A DNA stretch of 64,000 nucleotides from assembly GCA_012511175.1 (NCBI GenBank), contig JAAZGO010000010.1, positions 69,563 to 133,562 of the forward strand, given 5' to 3'. Source of the DNA: Fastidiosipila sp. Lineage in GTDB: Bacteria > Bacillota > Clostridia > Saccharofermentanales > DTU023. The position numbers and the translations under genes are program-made. A model generated the notes under the pieces. That model had not been told where the DNA came from, searched no databases, and was given only the letters and a program-made list of their open reading frames with translations. This document shows positions 8,515 to 16,502 of the stretch, one piece after another; position 1 is the first letter of the stretch; every line of letters begins with the position of its first letter.

Positions 8515-9573
8515 ATGAAGAAGTCTAGGCTGCAAATATTCATGGTGTTGATCGTGACACTCATATTTGCGATGGGGTTGGTATTAACTGGATGCAGCAT
8601 GGAAGGAGATAAATCTGGTAACGCTCCTCCTGCTGCGGAAGACACTAAGAAGCCCGAATCTCCTTCAGGTGGAGAAAGTGGGGAAGGGAAGAAGATCGGT
8701 TTTTCGATTGCGATGCTAGCCGGCAGCCCCTTCTGGCAGATCATTTCAGATGAACTGGAAAGAGGATTCAAAGAATTGGGCTATGAGTTCGTTGTTCTCG
8801 ATGCTCAGGGAGATGCGGCAAAGCAGGCTTCAGACGTTGAAGATCTGATTGCGCAAAAGGTCGATATAATTCTTGTAAATCCGTATGACAGTGATGCGAT
8901 TGTGCCGGTCACACTGTCTGCACGAGATGCCGGTATCCCGGTGATGGCGGTGGATATCCCTGTGGCTGAGGCCGGATACAGCATAGCAACTTGTATTTGT
9001 GACAACGTCATGCTTGGGTACCAATTGGGCGAGTATGCGGCGGATAAGTTTAATACGCCTGAGGTTAAAGTGGTCGTAATCAGTGGCTATCCGAACGGTA
9101 TCGACAGTCGTCAGAGGCGTCACGGTTTCATTGAAGGCTTCCACGCAAAACAGTTGGAGAAATTTGCGCAAACGGGCTTGAGGATTGTTCACCATGGTTG
9201 GGGTGATTATGCACGTGAACCTGCAAATAAAACCATGGAAGACGCCATCACACGGACAAACGGTGACTTTGACATCGTATACTGCGAAAACGATGATATG
9301 GCCATCGGTGCCCTCCGCGCAATGGAAAGCGCCAACATCACAGGCAAGATGATTTTGGGTGTTGATGGTCTTAAAGAGATGTACGAACTGATACGTGACG
9401 GCTATACAACCGCTACAGGACGAAATTCACCGGTTGAGTTGGCAGCGGTATCCGTCCAAGCTACCCATGATTATCTGAACGGCAAGGAAATTCCTGAAAT
9501 CATTTTTACGACGCCGACCGTTGTGGAGAAGAAAAACATAGATGAATTCTACGATCCTGATTCAATCTTTTAG
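8515..9573 (+). CDS. sugar/polyol ABC transporter substrate-binding lipoprotein (ribose-type, PBP family 1)
   Basis: Signal peptide with lipobox LTGC, a Pro/Glu/Ser linker, then an RbsB-like body (GFSIAMLAGSPFW, DIILVNPYDSDA, VDGLKE). GGGAGG RBS. Confidence 0.85.
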   Translation: MKKSRLQIFMVLIVTLIFAMGLVLTGCSMEGDKSGNAPPAAEDTKKPESPSGGESGEGKKIGFSIAMLAGSPFWQIISDELERGFKELGYEFVVLDAQGDAAKQASDVEDLIAQKVDIILVNPYDSDAIVPVTLSARDAGIPVMAVDIPVAEAGYSIATCICDNVMLGYQLGEYAADKFNTPEVKVVVISGYPNGIDSRQRRHGFIEGFHAKQLEKFAQTGLRIVHHGWGDYAREPANKTMEDAITRTNGDFDIVYCENDDMAIGALRAMESANITGKMILGVDGLKEMYELIRDGYTTATGRNSPVELAAVSVQATHDYLNGKEIPEIIFTTPTVVEKKNIDEFYDPDSIF

Positions 9574-9600
9574 AACCAGGTGAGTAGAAACGTTTATGTG

Positions 9601-9637
9601 ATGGGCGAGACGATGATGTCATCATCGTTTCGCCCAT
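9601..9637 (+). promoter_or_regulatory. long stem-loop just after the binding-protein gene
   Basis: ATGGGCGAGACGATGATG / CATCATCGTTTCGCCCAT is near-perfectly complementary (one G-U). No clear U-tract follows. It resembles the mRNA-stabilising hairpins common after ABC binding-protein genes. Confidence 0.55.
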
Positions 9638-9907
9638 ATCATGATGTTAGTTCGTGAGATCATCGGTTGAAACACATCGCATCCGTTTCTGCTCTCGATT
9701 CAGCCGGGTCGAATGGGGTTCTTCCGTTTGAAGCGTTCAAATGGATCTCGCATGAGGGTATTCTTAATTGCATAGCGGCGTTCTTCTGAAAGAGAAGCAC
9801 TGACGGGGTCCCATCTATTTGGCATCACCTCGATTGTTAACCAACTGATATTGACTTCGAGGAGAGACAACAAAAGGAAAATTTTTGGTAAATGGAGTGA
9901 GTTTAGA

Positions 9908-11455
9908 ATGGGTGCTTTTAATCCAATTGTTGAAAAAACTGAAACAACAGAAACCCACGAAACTGACAACGTTATTCTTCGGGTCACGGGCTTGGTTAAA
10001 GATTTTCCGGGTGTTAGAGCGTTGGATAATGTCTCTTTTTCCCTGCGCCGGGGCGAGATCCACGGTTTGGTGGGTGAAAACGGAGCGGGCAAAACTACGT
10101 TATTGAAGATTCTCTCTGGCGTTTATGCTGCTGACAATGGTGAAATTGAATTGGAGGGGTCAAAAGTTCATCTGAAAAATCCGATCGATGCACAGAGCAA
10201 AGGTATTTGTATGGAATACCAGGAGAAAACTCTGTTCCCCAACTTAAGCGTTGCCGAAAATATCTGTGTAGGCAATTTAGGTTTGTATTCTGGCAGCCGT
10301 TCAATGGTTTCCTGGAAAAAAATCCACACAATCGCAAATGAAGTTCTCAATTGGTTGAATTTCGACATCGATACAACCTTGAATATTCGAGATTTGTCAC
10401 CTCAGTTGCAGCAAATAGTTCAAATAGCGCGGGCGATTGCACTCAAGGGAAAGATCATCATCTTGGACGAACCTACAGCTGCTATTTCTTTTAGCGAAGT
10501 CGACAATCTATTTGCTACGCTGAGAAGGTTAAAAGATGAAGGCTACTCGATCATCTATGTTTCTCACCATCTGAAAGAGGTCTTCCGAATAACTGACAGG
10601 GTTACGATCCTGAAGGATGGTCAGGGTGTCGGAACCTTCGAAACGGCAGCTCTTGACGAAAAAGCGATGACTCGTCTGATGATTGGGAGAGACATTATCC
10701 GCGAACGCCAAAGCAGAGACTTCTCAACAAGTGAGGTGGTATTTGAAACCAAATCGCTTACCACAGCGGATGAATCGATTTCTGACGTTTCAGTTAAAGT
10801 TCGAAAAGGAGAAATCCTGGGGATTGCAGGATTGTTAGGAAGTGGCAAAGACATCTTAGCCAGGGTCATCGCGGGATCAACGCCAATAAAATCGGGAGAA
10901 GTAATTCTAAACGGGGAAAGTTTTGTTCCAAAACGTCCAAAACAAGTGATCAACAAAGGCATAACAGTATTGCCGGCAGAAAGAACTCTTGAGGGCTTGA
11001 TCTTAAGGCAGTCGCTGAATTTTAACATGACACTTTCGTCTTTCAAGAGATTTTCCAAATTCGGCATCATGAATGCAAGAAAGGATTTCAGATTGGCCGA
11101 GAAAGCTGCCTCCGATGTCAATCTAAAATACGTCACACTGAGACAGCAGGCACTGTCTTTGTCAGGAGGCAACCAGCAAAGAGTCATGATTGCGCGTGCC
11201 CTTTTGACGAATGCAAAGATTATCGTTTTCAATGAACCCACGCAAGGTGTTGATGTGGGCGCAAAGCAGGAGATCCACAAACTGATCCGTTCCTATGTTT
11301 CACGGGGAGGGTCCGTGATTATCATCTCATCGGAACTTCCTGAGTTGCTGAGTACAAGTGATAACATTGCCGTTATGAGCAGGGGGAGAATCGTCGCCAA
11401 TTACACTGGCGACGAGGCTTCGGAGGAAACATTGCTTAAGCAAATGATTGGCTGA
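9908..11455 (+). CDS. sugar ABC transporter ATP-binding protein (duplicated ATPase, RbsA/MglA type)
   Basis: ORF 9851..11455 trimmed to ATG 9908. Two nucleotide-binding domains: Walker A GENGAGKTT, signature LSGGNQQRV and Walker B IIILDEPT/IVFNEPT. Confidence 0.9.
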   Translation: MGAFNPIVEKTETTETHETDNVILRVTGLVKDFPGVRALDNVSFSLRRGEIHGLVGENGAGKTTLLKILSGVYAADNGEIELEGSKVHLKNPIDAQSKGICMEYQEKTLFPNLSVAENICVGNLGLYSGSRSMVSWKKIHTIANEVLNWLNFDIDTTLNIRDLSPQLQQIVQIARAIALKGKIIILDEPTAAISFSEVDNLFATLRRLKDEGYSIIYVSHHLKEVFRITDRVTILKDGQGVGTFETAALDEKAMTRLMIGRDIIRERQSRDFSTSEVVFETKSLTTADESISDVSVKVRKGEILGIAGLLGSGKDILARVIAGSTPIKSGEVILNGESFVPKRPKQVINKGITVLPAERTLEGLILRQSLNFNMTLSSFKRFSKFGIMNARKDFRLAEKAASDVNLKYVTLRQQALSLSGGNQQRVMIARALLTNAKIIVFNEPTQGVDVGAKQEIHKLIRSYVSRGGSVIIISSELPELLSTSDNIAVMSRGRIVANYTGDEASEETLLKQMIG

Positions 11456-11510
11456 GGCATGAAGTGATGAACGTATCACATCTAAGAATGGAATTTGGAG
11501 ATAAAAGATT

Positions 11511-12488
11511 ATGGTGAAAAGTAATGCCGGCAGAACACTGGATAGGCAGAGACTTGGCCACCTTGCCAAAGAATATTTCCTGGTTATCGTTGTTGCCTTG
11601 TTAATAGTTGTATTCAGTTTTTTGAACCAAAATTTTTTGACAGGTGCCAATATTCAAAATATGTTAAGGCAAGCGGCAGCAAATGTGATCATCAGTATCG
11701 GGATGCTGGCTGTTGTTTTAACAGGGGGCATTGATCTTTCTGTCGGGGCAACCGCTGGTTTAGCTGGGGTGTTGGTGGCGGGCTTTATTAGAGACGGCAT
11801 GGGTGCTCTCAGCGCTTCCTTATTGGTACTTGTTATCGGAATTCTGGTTGGTACGTTCACCGGATTTTTGGTTGTGTACATGGGTCTGGCACCTTACATA
11901 GCCTCGATGTCCATGATGCTGATTGTGACAGGAATAAAACTCCTTTACAGTCACTCACTTTCAATTTCGATAGACATGAGCCAGAGTGGTTTTTTGATGG
12001 TCGGCCGTGGGAATTTTGCAAGCATCCCTATACCCATTTGGATGATGTTTGTTATGACTTTGATATTCCAATTCGTTATGTCGAAAACGACTTATGGTAG
12101 AAGTCTCTACGCTCTCGGCGGCAATCCGGAAGCGGCTTACCTTGCGGGTATCAATAGCAAATTTATGACGATGTCCGTCTACGTAATAAGTGGGTTTTGC
12201 AGCTTTGTTGCAGGGATTATGCTTGCATCAAGGCTGGCATCTGGTTCCCCTTCGACGGGTACGGGTTTCGATACAAACGCGATTGCATCAGTCGTTATCG
12301 GTGGAGGAAGTCTTGCCGGAGGACGGGGGAAGCCCATGCTGGTTCTGTTTGGCGCGATGGTGATCGCAATGCTGAGTAATTTCCTTAACCTGATGGGTGT
12401 GCAGAATTACATTCAGAGAATAATCACGGGCGGAATCATTATTCTCGCTGTATTCATCTCGGAACGGACTGGCACCAAGAAGCGATAA
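11511..12488 (+). CDS. sugar ABC transporter permease (RbsC/BPD type, single permease)
   Basis: 325 aa, about 9-10 hydrophobic spans, with an RbsC-like GGIDLSVGA motif. Confidence 0.88.
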   Translation: MVKSNAGRTLDRQRLGHLAKEYFLVIVVALLIVVFSFLNQNFLTGANIQNMLRQAAANVIISIGMLAVVLTGGIDLSVGATAGLAGVLVAGFIRDGMGALSASLLVLVIGILVGTFTGFLVVYMGLAPYIASMSMMLIVTGIKLLYSHSLSISIDMSQSGFLMVGRGNFASIPIPIWMMFVMTLIFQFVMSKTTYGRSLYALGGNPEAAYLAGINSKFMTMSVYVISGFCSFVAGIMLASRLASGSPSTGTGFDTNAIASVVIGGGSLAGGRGKPMLVLFGAMVIAMLSNFLNLMGVQNYIQRIITGGIIILAVFISERTGTKKR

Positions 12489-12524
12489 ACCTTGTCTCAC
12501 CGAACGGAAGAATGTGAGGGAAAA

Positions 12525-13598
12525 ATGGAAATGATCTTCGGAGCCCCCCAGTTTTACGTGCAGGGACCGGGCATTATTGCAAAGACAGGGAAATATCTGA
12601 CAGACCTCCAGCTTGATGGGAAACTCTTGCTCATGATTGATGTGGGGGTGAAAGAGGTGGTTAAGCCAATGTTGGTTTCTATCGAGGAGGCATCGATAGA
12701 CTACGATGTGCTGGACTTTGCTGATCAATACACCCTGAAAAAAATCGCATTAATCGCCGATGAGTCCAAACACAAGCAGTATTGCGCTGTTGTGGGCGTT
12801 GGTGGTGGCAAGCCGATAGATGCTTCCAAACGGGTTGGTTGGTCCCTGGGCATTCCTTTCTTATCGGTTCCTACGAGTATCGCCACAGATGCTGCAACGA
12901 GTAGAACATCGGTCGCCTATACAGATGATGGCGAGTTGGTTGAGGACAAGACGATTTTCAACCCTGCTGGAATTTTCGTCGATTCCGCCATTATTGTTCG
13001 GGCACCCATTCATCTATTCGGAGCTGGGATGGCCGATGCGCTATCCAAGAGATATGAATACAAACTGTCGTTAGCCTGTGGATTCCCAAATTGGTATGAC
13101 GCCTCTTCAGCCTATTTTATTGACGCAATTTCCAAAGAAATGCACGAACTGCTTTTGCGTAATGGTAGATATTTGAAGGAATGTTTTAGGGAGGGCGTGC
13201 TTAATGAGACAGTTGAACGGAGTATCACCGCCATGCTGCTCATGAGTCGTTTGGTGTGGGATTCAGGTGGTTTGCGGGGAGCTCATGACTTATTCGAGGA
13301 ATTCAATGATGCAGGTTATGGTAAGGATCACATGCATGGTGAAATAGTTGGCTATTTCGATCTTGTCCAACTATTGGTAGAACAGTACCCAGACAATGAG
13401 TTTTACGAACTCTACACTCTTTACCGTGATTTGGGTATCCCACTCAAAATTAGCGACTTTGGATTTCCTATCGGGGACGCTGATCAACTCGATGAGTTGA
13501 CGACGCGCTTTTCCAAGAAATGTGGTGAGTTCAACTGGCATCCAGGTGATGACGCGTTTAAAGATGCTTTACTTAAGCTCGAAAAGATGCAACTTTAA
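12525..13598 (+). CDS. iron-containing alcohol dehydrogenase, glycerol dehydrogenase (GldA)-like
   Basis: ORF 12492..13598 trimmed to ATG 12525 behind GTGAGGG. Contains VGVGGGKPIDASK (NAD-binding loop) and PTSIATDAATS, typical of the GldA/Fe-ADH family. Confidence 0.8.
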   Translation: MEMIFGAPQFYVQGPGIIAKTGKYLTDLQLDGKLLLMIDVGVKEVVKPMLVSIEEASIDYDVLDFADQYTLKKIALIADESKHKQYCAVVGVGGGKPIDASKRVGWSLGIPFLSVPTSIATDAATSRTSVAYTDDGELVEDKTIFNPAGIFVDSAIIVRAPIHLFGAGMADALSKRYEYKLSLACGFPNWYDASSAYFIDAISKEMHELLLRNGRYLKECFREGVLNETVERSITAMLLMSRLVWDSGGLRGAHDLFEEFNDAGYGKDHMHGEIVGYFDLVQLLVEQYPDNEFYELYTLYRDLGIPLKISDFGFPIGDADQLDELTTRFSKKCGEFNWHPGDDAFKDALLKLEKMQL

Positions 13599-13641
13599 AA
13601 AAGCAGACATATGATAATCGTTTGATATCGGAGATAATTCT

Positions 13642-14427
13642 ATGGAAAATGCAATCTGGAATCTATTCGATTTGACTGATAAAAACGCTGTCGTGACAGG
13701 GGCATCCGGTGGAATTGGTTATGCCTGCGCTATTGGCCTGGCCCAAGCGGGCGCAAATGTTGTTGCCCACTATAATACCAACAAAAAAACTGCGGATAAA
13801 CTTGTAGCAGAGATTAGAAAAATGGGAAAAGAAGCCTTCGCGGTGCAAGCAGATGTTTCCAATTACGAAGACGTTAACCGCATGGCAAAAGATATCGATG
13901 AGATGTGGGGAAAGGTTGACATATTGTTCAATAATGCCGGAATTGGGCTAACCGTCGATCCCGAAAAGAGCACAAAGGAAGAGTGGTTGAAGGTAATCGA
14001 CACGAATCTTAATGGCGTATTCTACTGCGCACAAGCTTTCGGTAAATTGATGATCCGGGATGGAGGTGGAGCCATTATCAATATGGGTTCCATGTCCGCA
14101 GAAATTATCAATAGACCCGAAGAGGTCTCCTACAGCACTTCAAAAGCCGGCGTCCACCTGATGACTAAAGGGCTTGCGGCATGCTGGGCAAAATATAAAA
14201 TACGTGTCAATGCTATAGCTCCGGGGTATATTGCAACTGAGATGTCACTTCCCATGATGCGCAGTGAGCCTGACTGGGTCAAAACGAATTGGACCGATTG
14301 GACGCCGCAACGACGGATTGCTGAACCTGAAGAACTGGTGGGCATGGTTGTTTATCTCGCGTCCGAAGCGTCGAGTTTCGTCACGGGTTCTTGTTTGATC
14401 ATCGACGGGGGATTCACGGTGTATTAA
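13642..14427 (+). CDS. SDR-family oxidoreductase (gluconate-5-dehydrogenase/3-oxoacyl reductase-like)
   Basis: 261 aa with TGASGGIGYA, NNAG and the YSTSKAG catalytic motif. Confidence 0.88.
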   Translation: MENAIWNLFDLTDKNAVVTGASGGIGYACAIGLAQAGANVVAHYNTNKKTADKLVAEIRKMGKEAFAVQADVSNYEDVNRMAKDIDEMWGKVDILFNNAGIGLTVDPEKSTKEEWLKVIDTNLNGVFYCAQAFGKLMIRDGGGAIINMGSMSAEIINRPEEVSYSTSKAGVHLMTKGLAACWAKYKIRVNAIAPGYIATEMSLPMMRSEPDWVKTNWTDWTPQRRIAEPEELVGMVVYLASEASSFVTGSCLIIDGGFTVY

Positions 14428-14511
14428 CGGGCAACCATTCTTTGGACAATTACAATTATGGCTTTCACAATTTCGAGTAATGTATGTTGAATGCGCCTGA
14501 ATGTATCCGAT

Positions 14512-15347
14512 TAAGTTTTCAAAATAAATCCGTGACGCGTCAACAAGACTGACAAAAGCGACAAGTTGATTGCCTGTCTCAATTTGGATAAAGCAGCATA
14601 AGTTTCGCGCAAATGAATTAGGAGGACATGACTCCCTCTACTCACTTGGAAAAATTGGTTTTGGAAAAAACAAACCAAGGAGAAAAAGGAACCAAGTCCG
14701 AAAAAAATATTCAGTTGAACGAAGGAATCATCAGAGAAGAGCTGGGCGAGATGGTGCATCAAAGTGTTGAAGATACTTTGAATACATTACCGGAAGAAGA
14801 GCCGACTGACTGACCAACGTCAAATGCAACAAAAGAATGGTCATACGAAAGATTCTTGACAGTACTCTTGCATCCATGAGAGATTTCGCTCTCCGAAGGC
14901 AGTCATGGACGCCATTTGTTACCATAGAACAACTGGGGAGGAGCACTGAAACTGCCAACAAACCTGAACATACTACAGGGAACAGCTGTGCAGAGGGATT
15001 GGCAGGTCATATCCTGGGCACCAGGTTCAAAATCCGTGAGAGCTGGTTCTGTCAGGGAGCGGCCGTGATGGTCGTTTCACGCGCCTTCGTGACGAAAGCA
15101 GGGGAGTTGACATCACTGCTGATCGAAAAGACACAAAAATTGGCTGTAGCCAGTATCCAGGAGCTTTCGGCAAATTTTCGGGAATACAGGTGATGCGGGT
15201 CGCCCACGATAGCCCGAAGGACCAACAAACGGGAGACACCGCCCTACCGTTTACGAAAAGTGAACGCCGTTAACAGCTTGGGGAGATTCCATTGATTCTT
15301 ACTCTGAGCTACAACAACTTGACACGGCCCCAGTTGCAAAAGTCAGG
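14512..15347 (+). mobile_element. decayed IS256-family (mutator-type) insertion sequence with internal deletions
   Basis: Fragments across frames resemble IS256-type transposase N-terminal parts (VEDTLNTLPEEE, ERKDS, and an AICYHRTTGEEH block in the position of the usual AIIERYRRRE block), plus a possible C-terminal remnant. The two ends look like imperfect inverted repeats: 14516 AGTTTTCAAA...CCGTGACGCGTCAA versus the reverse complement of 15315-15345, ACTTTTGCAA...CCGTGTCAAG. Only about 830 bp remain, against more than 1.3 kb for intact family members. Confidence 0.7.
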
Positions 15348-15469
15348 ATCTTACCAAAAGGGAGTGGTAGAATAGTGCCGAATCAGCGGCGATCGCCGCG
15401 GCAGACAGAAGGGATGCCGGTCATGCGAAACAAACTGAAAAAAATCGTCCGGTCCTGGGTTTCATTCCT
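15348..15469. repeat. right copy of 122-bp direct repeat (native 5' region of the ATP-grasp gene)
   Basis: Identical to 3212-3333 except one base. It starts immediately after the IS256-like right end. Confidence 0.9.
15365..15373 (+). promoter_or_regulatory. extended -10-like element (TGgTAGAAT) for the ATP-grasp gene, duplicated at 3229-3237
   Basis: TG-n-TAGAAT lies about 50 nt upstream of ATG 15423. The -35 position falls on the repeat boundary and is weak in both copies. Confidence 0.3.
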
Positions 15470-16502
15470 GAATAAACGGGCGGATGCTTCCATGACCCGC
15501 GCCATGATCTGGTCGATCCGGTCGGGCAGCAGAAAGGAATTCAAGCACCGTCAGTGCAGCATAAGCCTTGAAGAAAAAAAGGCCATCCAATCGTACTGGG
15601 GCCGCTACACGAAACAAAATCGCCCTTTCTTTCAGGCTTTGTACGCTTGCATGCATGGCACCTTCGATGTCAGATACCTGCCTGACGACCTCTATTTGAC
15701 CCGCATGCTCCGGCATTTAAACGACCGGGAATACAGCGTCCTGACCAATAAATGCCTTCAGCCGCTTTTATTTGACTGCCGGCAGCCGGAAACGGTTTTC
15801 ATGCGGATTAATGGATCCTACTGCGATGCGGCCTACCGGCCCATCAGCAGGGAGGAGGCAATCGAACTTTTTCTTGAGAGCGGCAAGGCGGTTGTCAAGC
15901 CGGCTGTGCGTACGCACAGCGGCAGGGGCATTCAGTTTCATGCCGCCCGGAGCGCGGAGGAAGTCTCAGAATTTCTGGAGCACTGCTTTGGGCAAGTTCC
16001 AAGCTACATCGTACAAAAGGTGGTGAAGCAACACGCCGGCCTTGCAGCCATCCATGAGCCTTCAGTCAACTGCCTGCGTGTCATGACACTCTTGATTGAC
16101 GGCCGGGCCGTTGCTCTTTCAACAGTTTTGAAGATGGGCGCCGGCGGAAGCCAGCTGGACAACCTGGGATTCGGCGGCATCGTCTGCGGTGTCAGGGAAG
16201 ATGGCACCCTGAGGGAAGTGGCCTTTTCGGCTAATGGCGACCGCTTCTACCAACACCCTCAGGGCTTTGACTTCAGCGGCTATCATGTCCCCTCCTATGA
16301 GGCGGTCAAAAAATTGGCTGTGAGCATGGCGGAACGCGTTCCCTACACGCGGCTGATTGCCTGGGATATCGCCGTGGCCGAGGACGGTGAACCGGTCCTG
16401 ATCGAATACAACGATATCGGGGAGCTGGGATTTATGCAATATGCCAACGGTCCCCTCTTCGGTGACTATACAGACAGGATTCTGTCAGAAATCTTTCTTT
16501 AG
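15423..16502 (+). CDS. ATP-grasp family protein (sugar-transfer-associated ATP-grasp type)
   Basis: ORF 15375..16502. ATG 15423 is preferred (AGAAGGG sits 9 nt upstream). The C-terminal IAWDIAVAEDGEPVLIEYN is typical of this ATP-grasp subfamily. Start choice is uncertain (15375, 15414 or 15423). Confidence 0.75.
   Translation: MRNKLKKIVRSWVSFLNKRADASMTRAMIWSIRSGSRKEFKHRQCSISLEEKKAIQSYWGRYTKQNRPFFQALYACMHGTFDVRYLPDDLYLTRMLRHLNDREYSVLTNKCLQPLLFDCRQPETVFMRINGSYCDAAYRPISREEAIELFLESGKAVVKPAVRTHSGRGIQFHAARSAEEVSEFLEHCFGQVPSYIVQKVVKQHAGLAAIHEPSVNCLRVMTLLIDGRAVALSTVLKMGAGGSQLDNLGFGGIVCGVREDGTLREVAFSANGDRFYQHPQGFDFSGYHVPSYEAVKKLAVSMAERVPYTRLIAWDIAVAEDGEPVLIEYNDIGELGFMQYANGPLFGDYTDRILSEIFL

Noticed and set aside
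9700-10092. 130-aa minus-strand ORF overlapping the ABC ATPase start, considered as a real gene.
   Set aside because: Most of it is antisense to a well-supported ATPase N-terminus. Only its last roughly 45 codons lie in intergenic DNA, and these are noted as a possible remnant in the findings.
14628-15193. ORFs 14628-14813 and 14837-15193 considered as small genes.
   Set aside because: They are out-of-frame pieces of an IS256-type transposase and are treated as part of a decayed IS.
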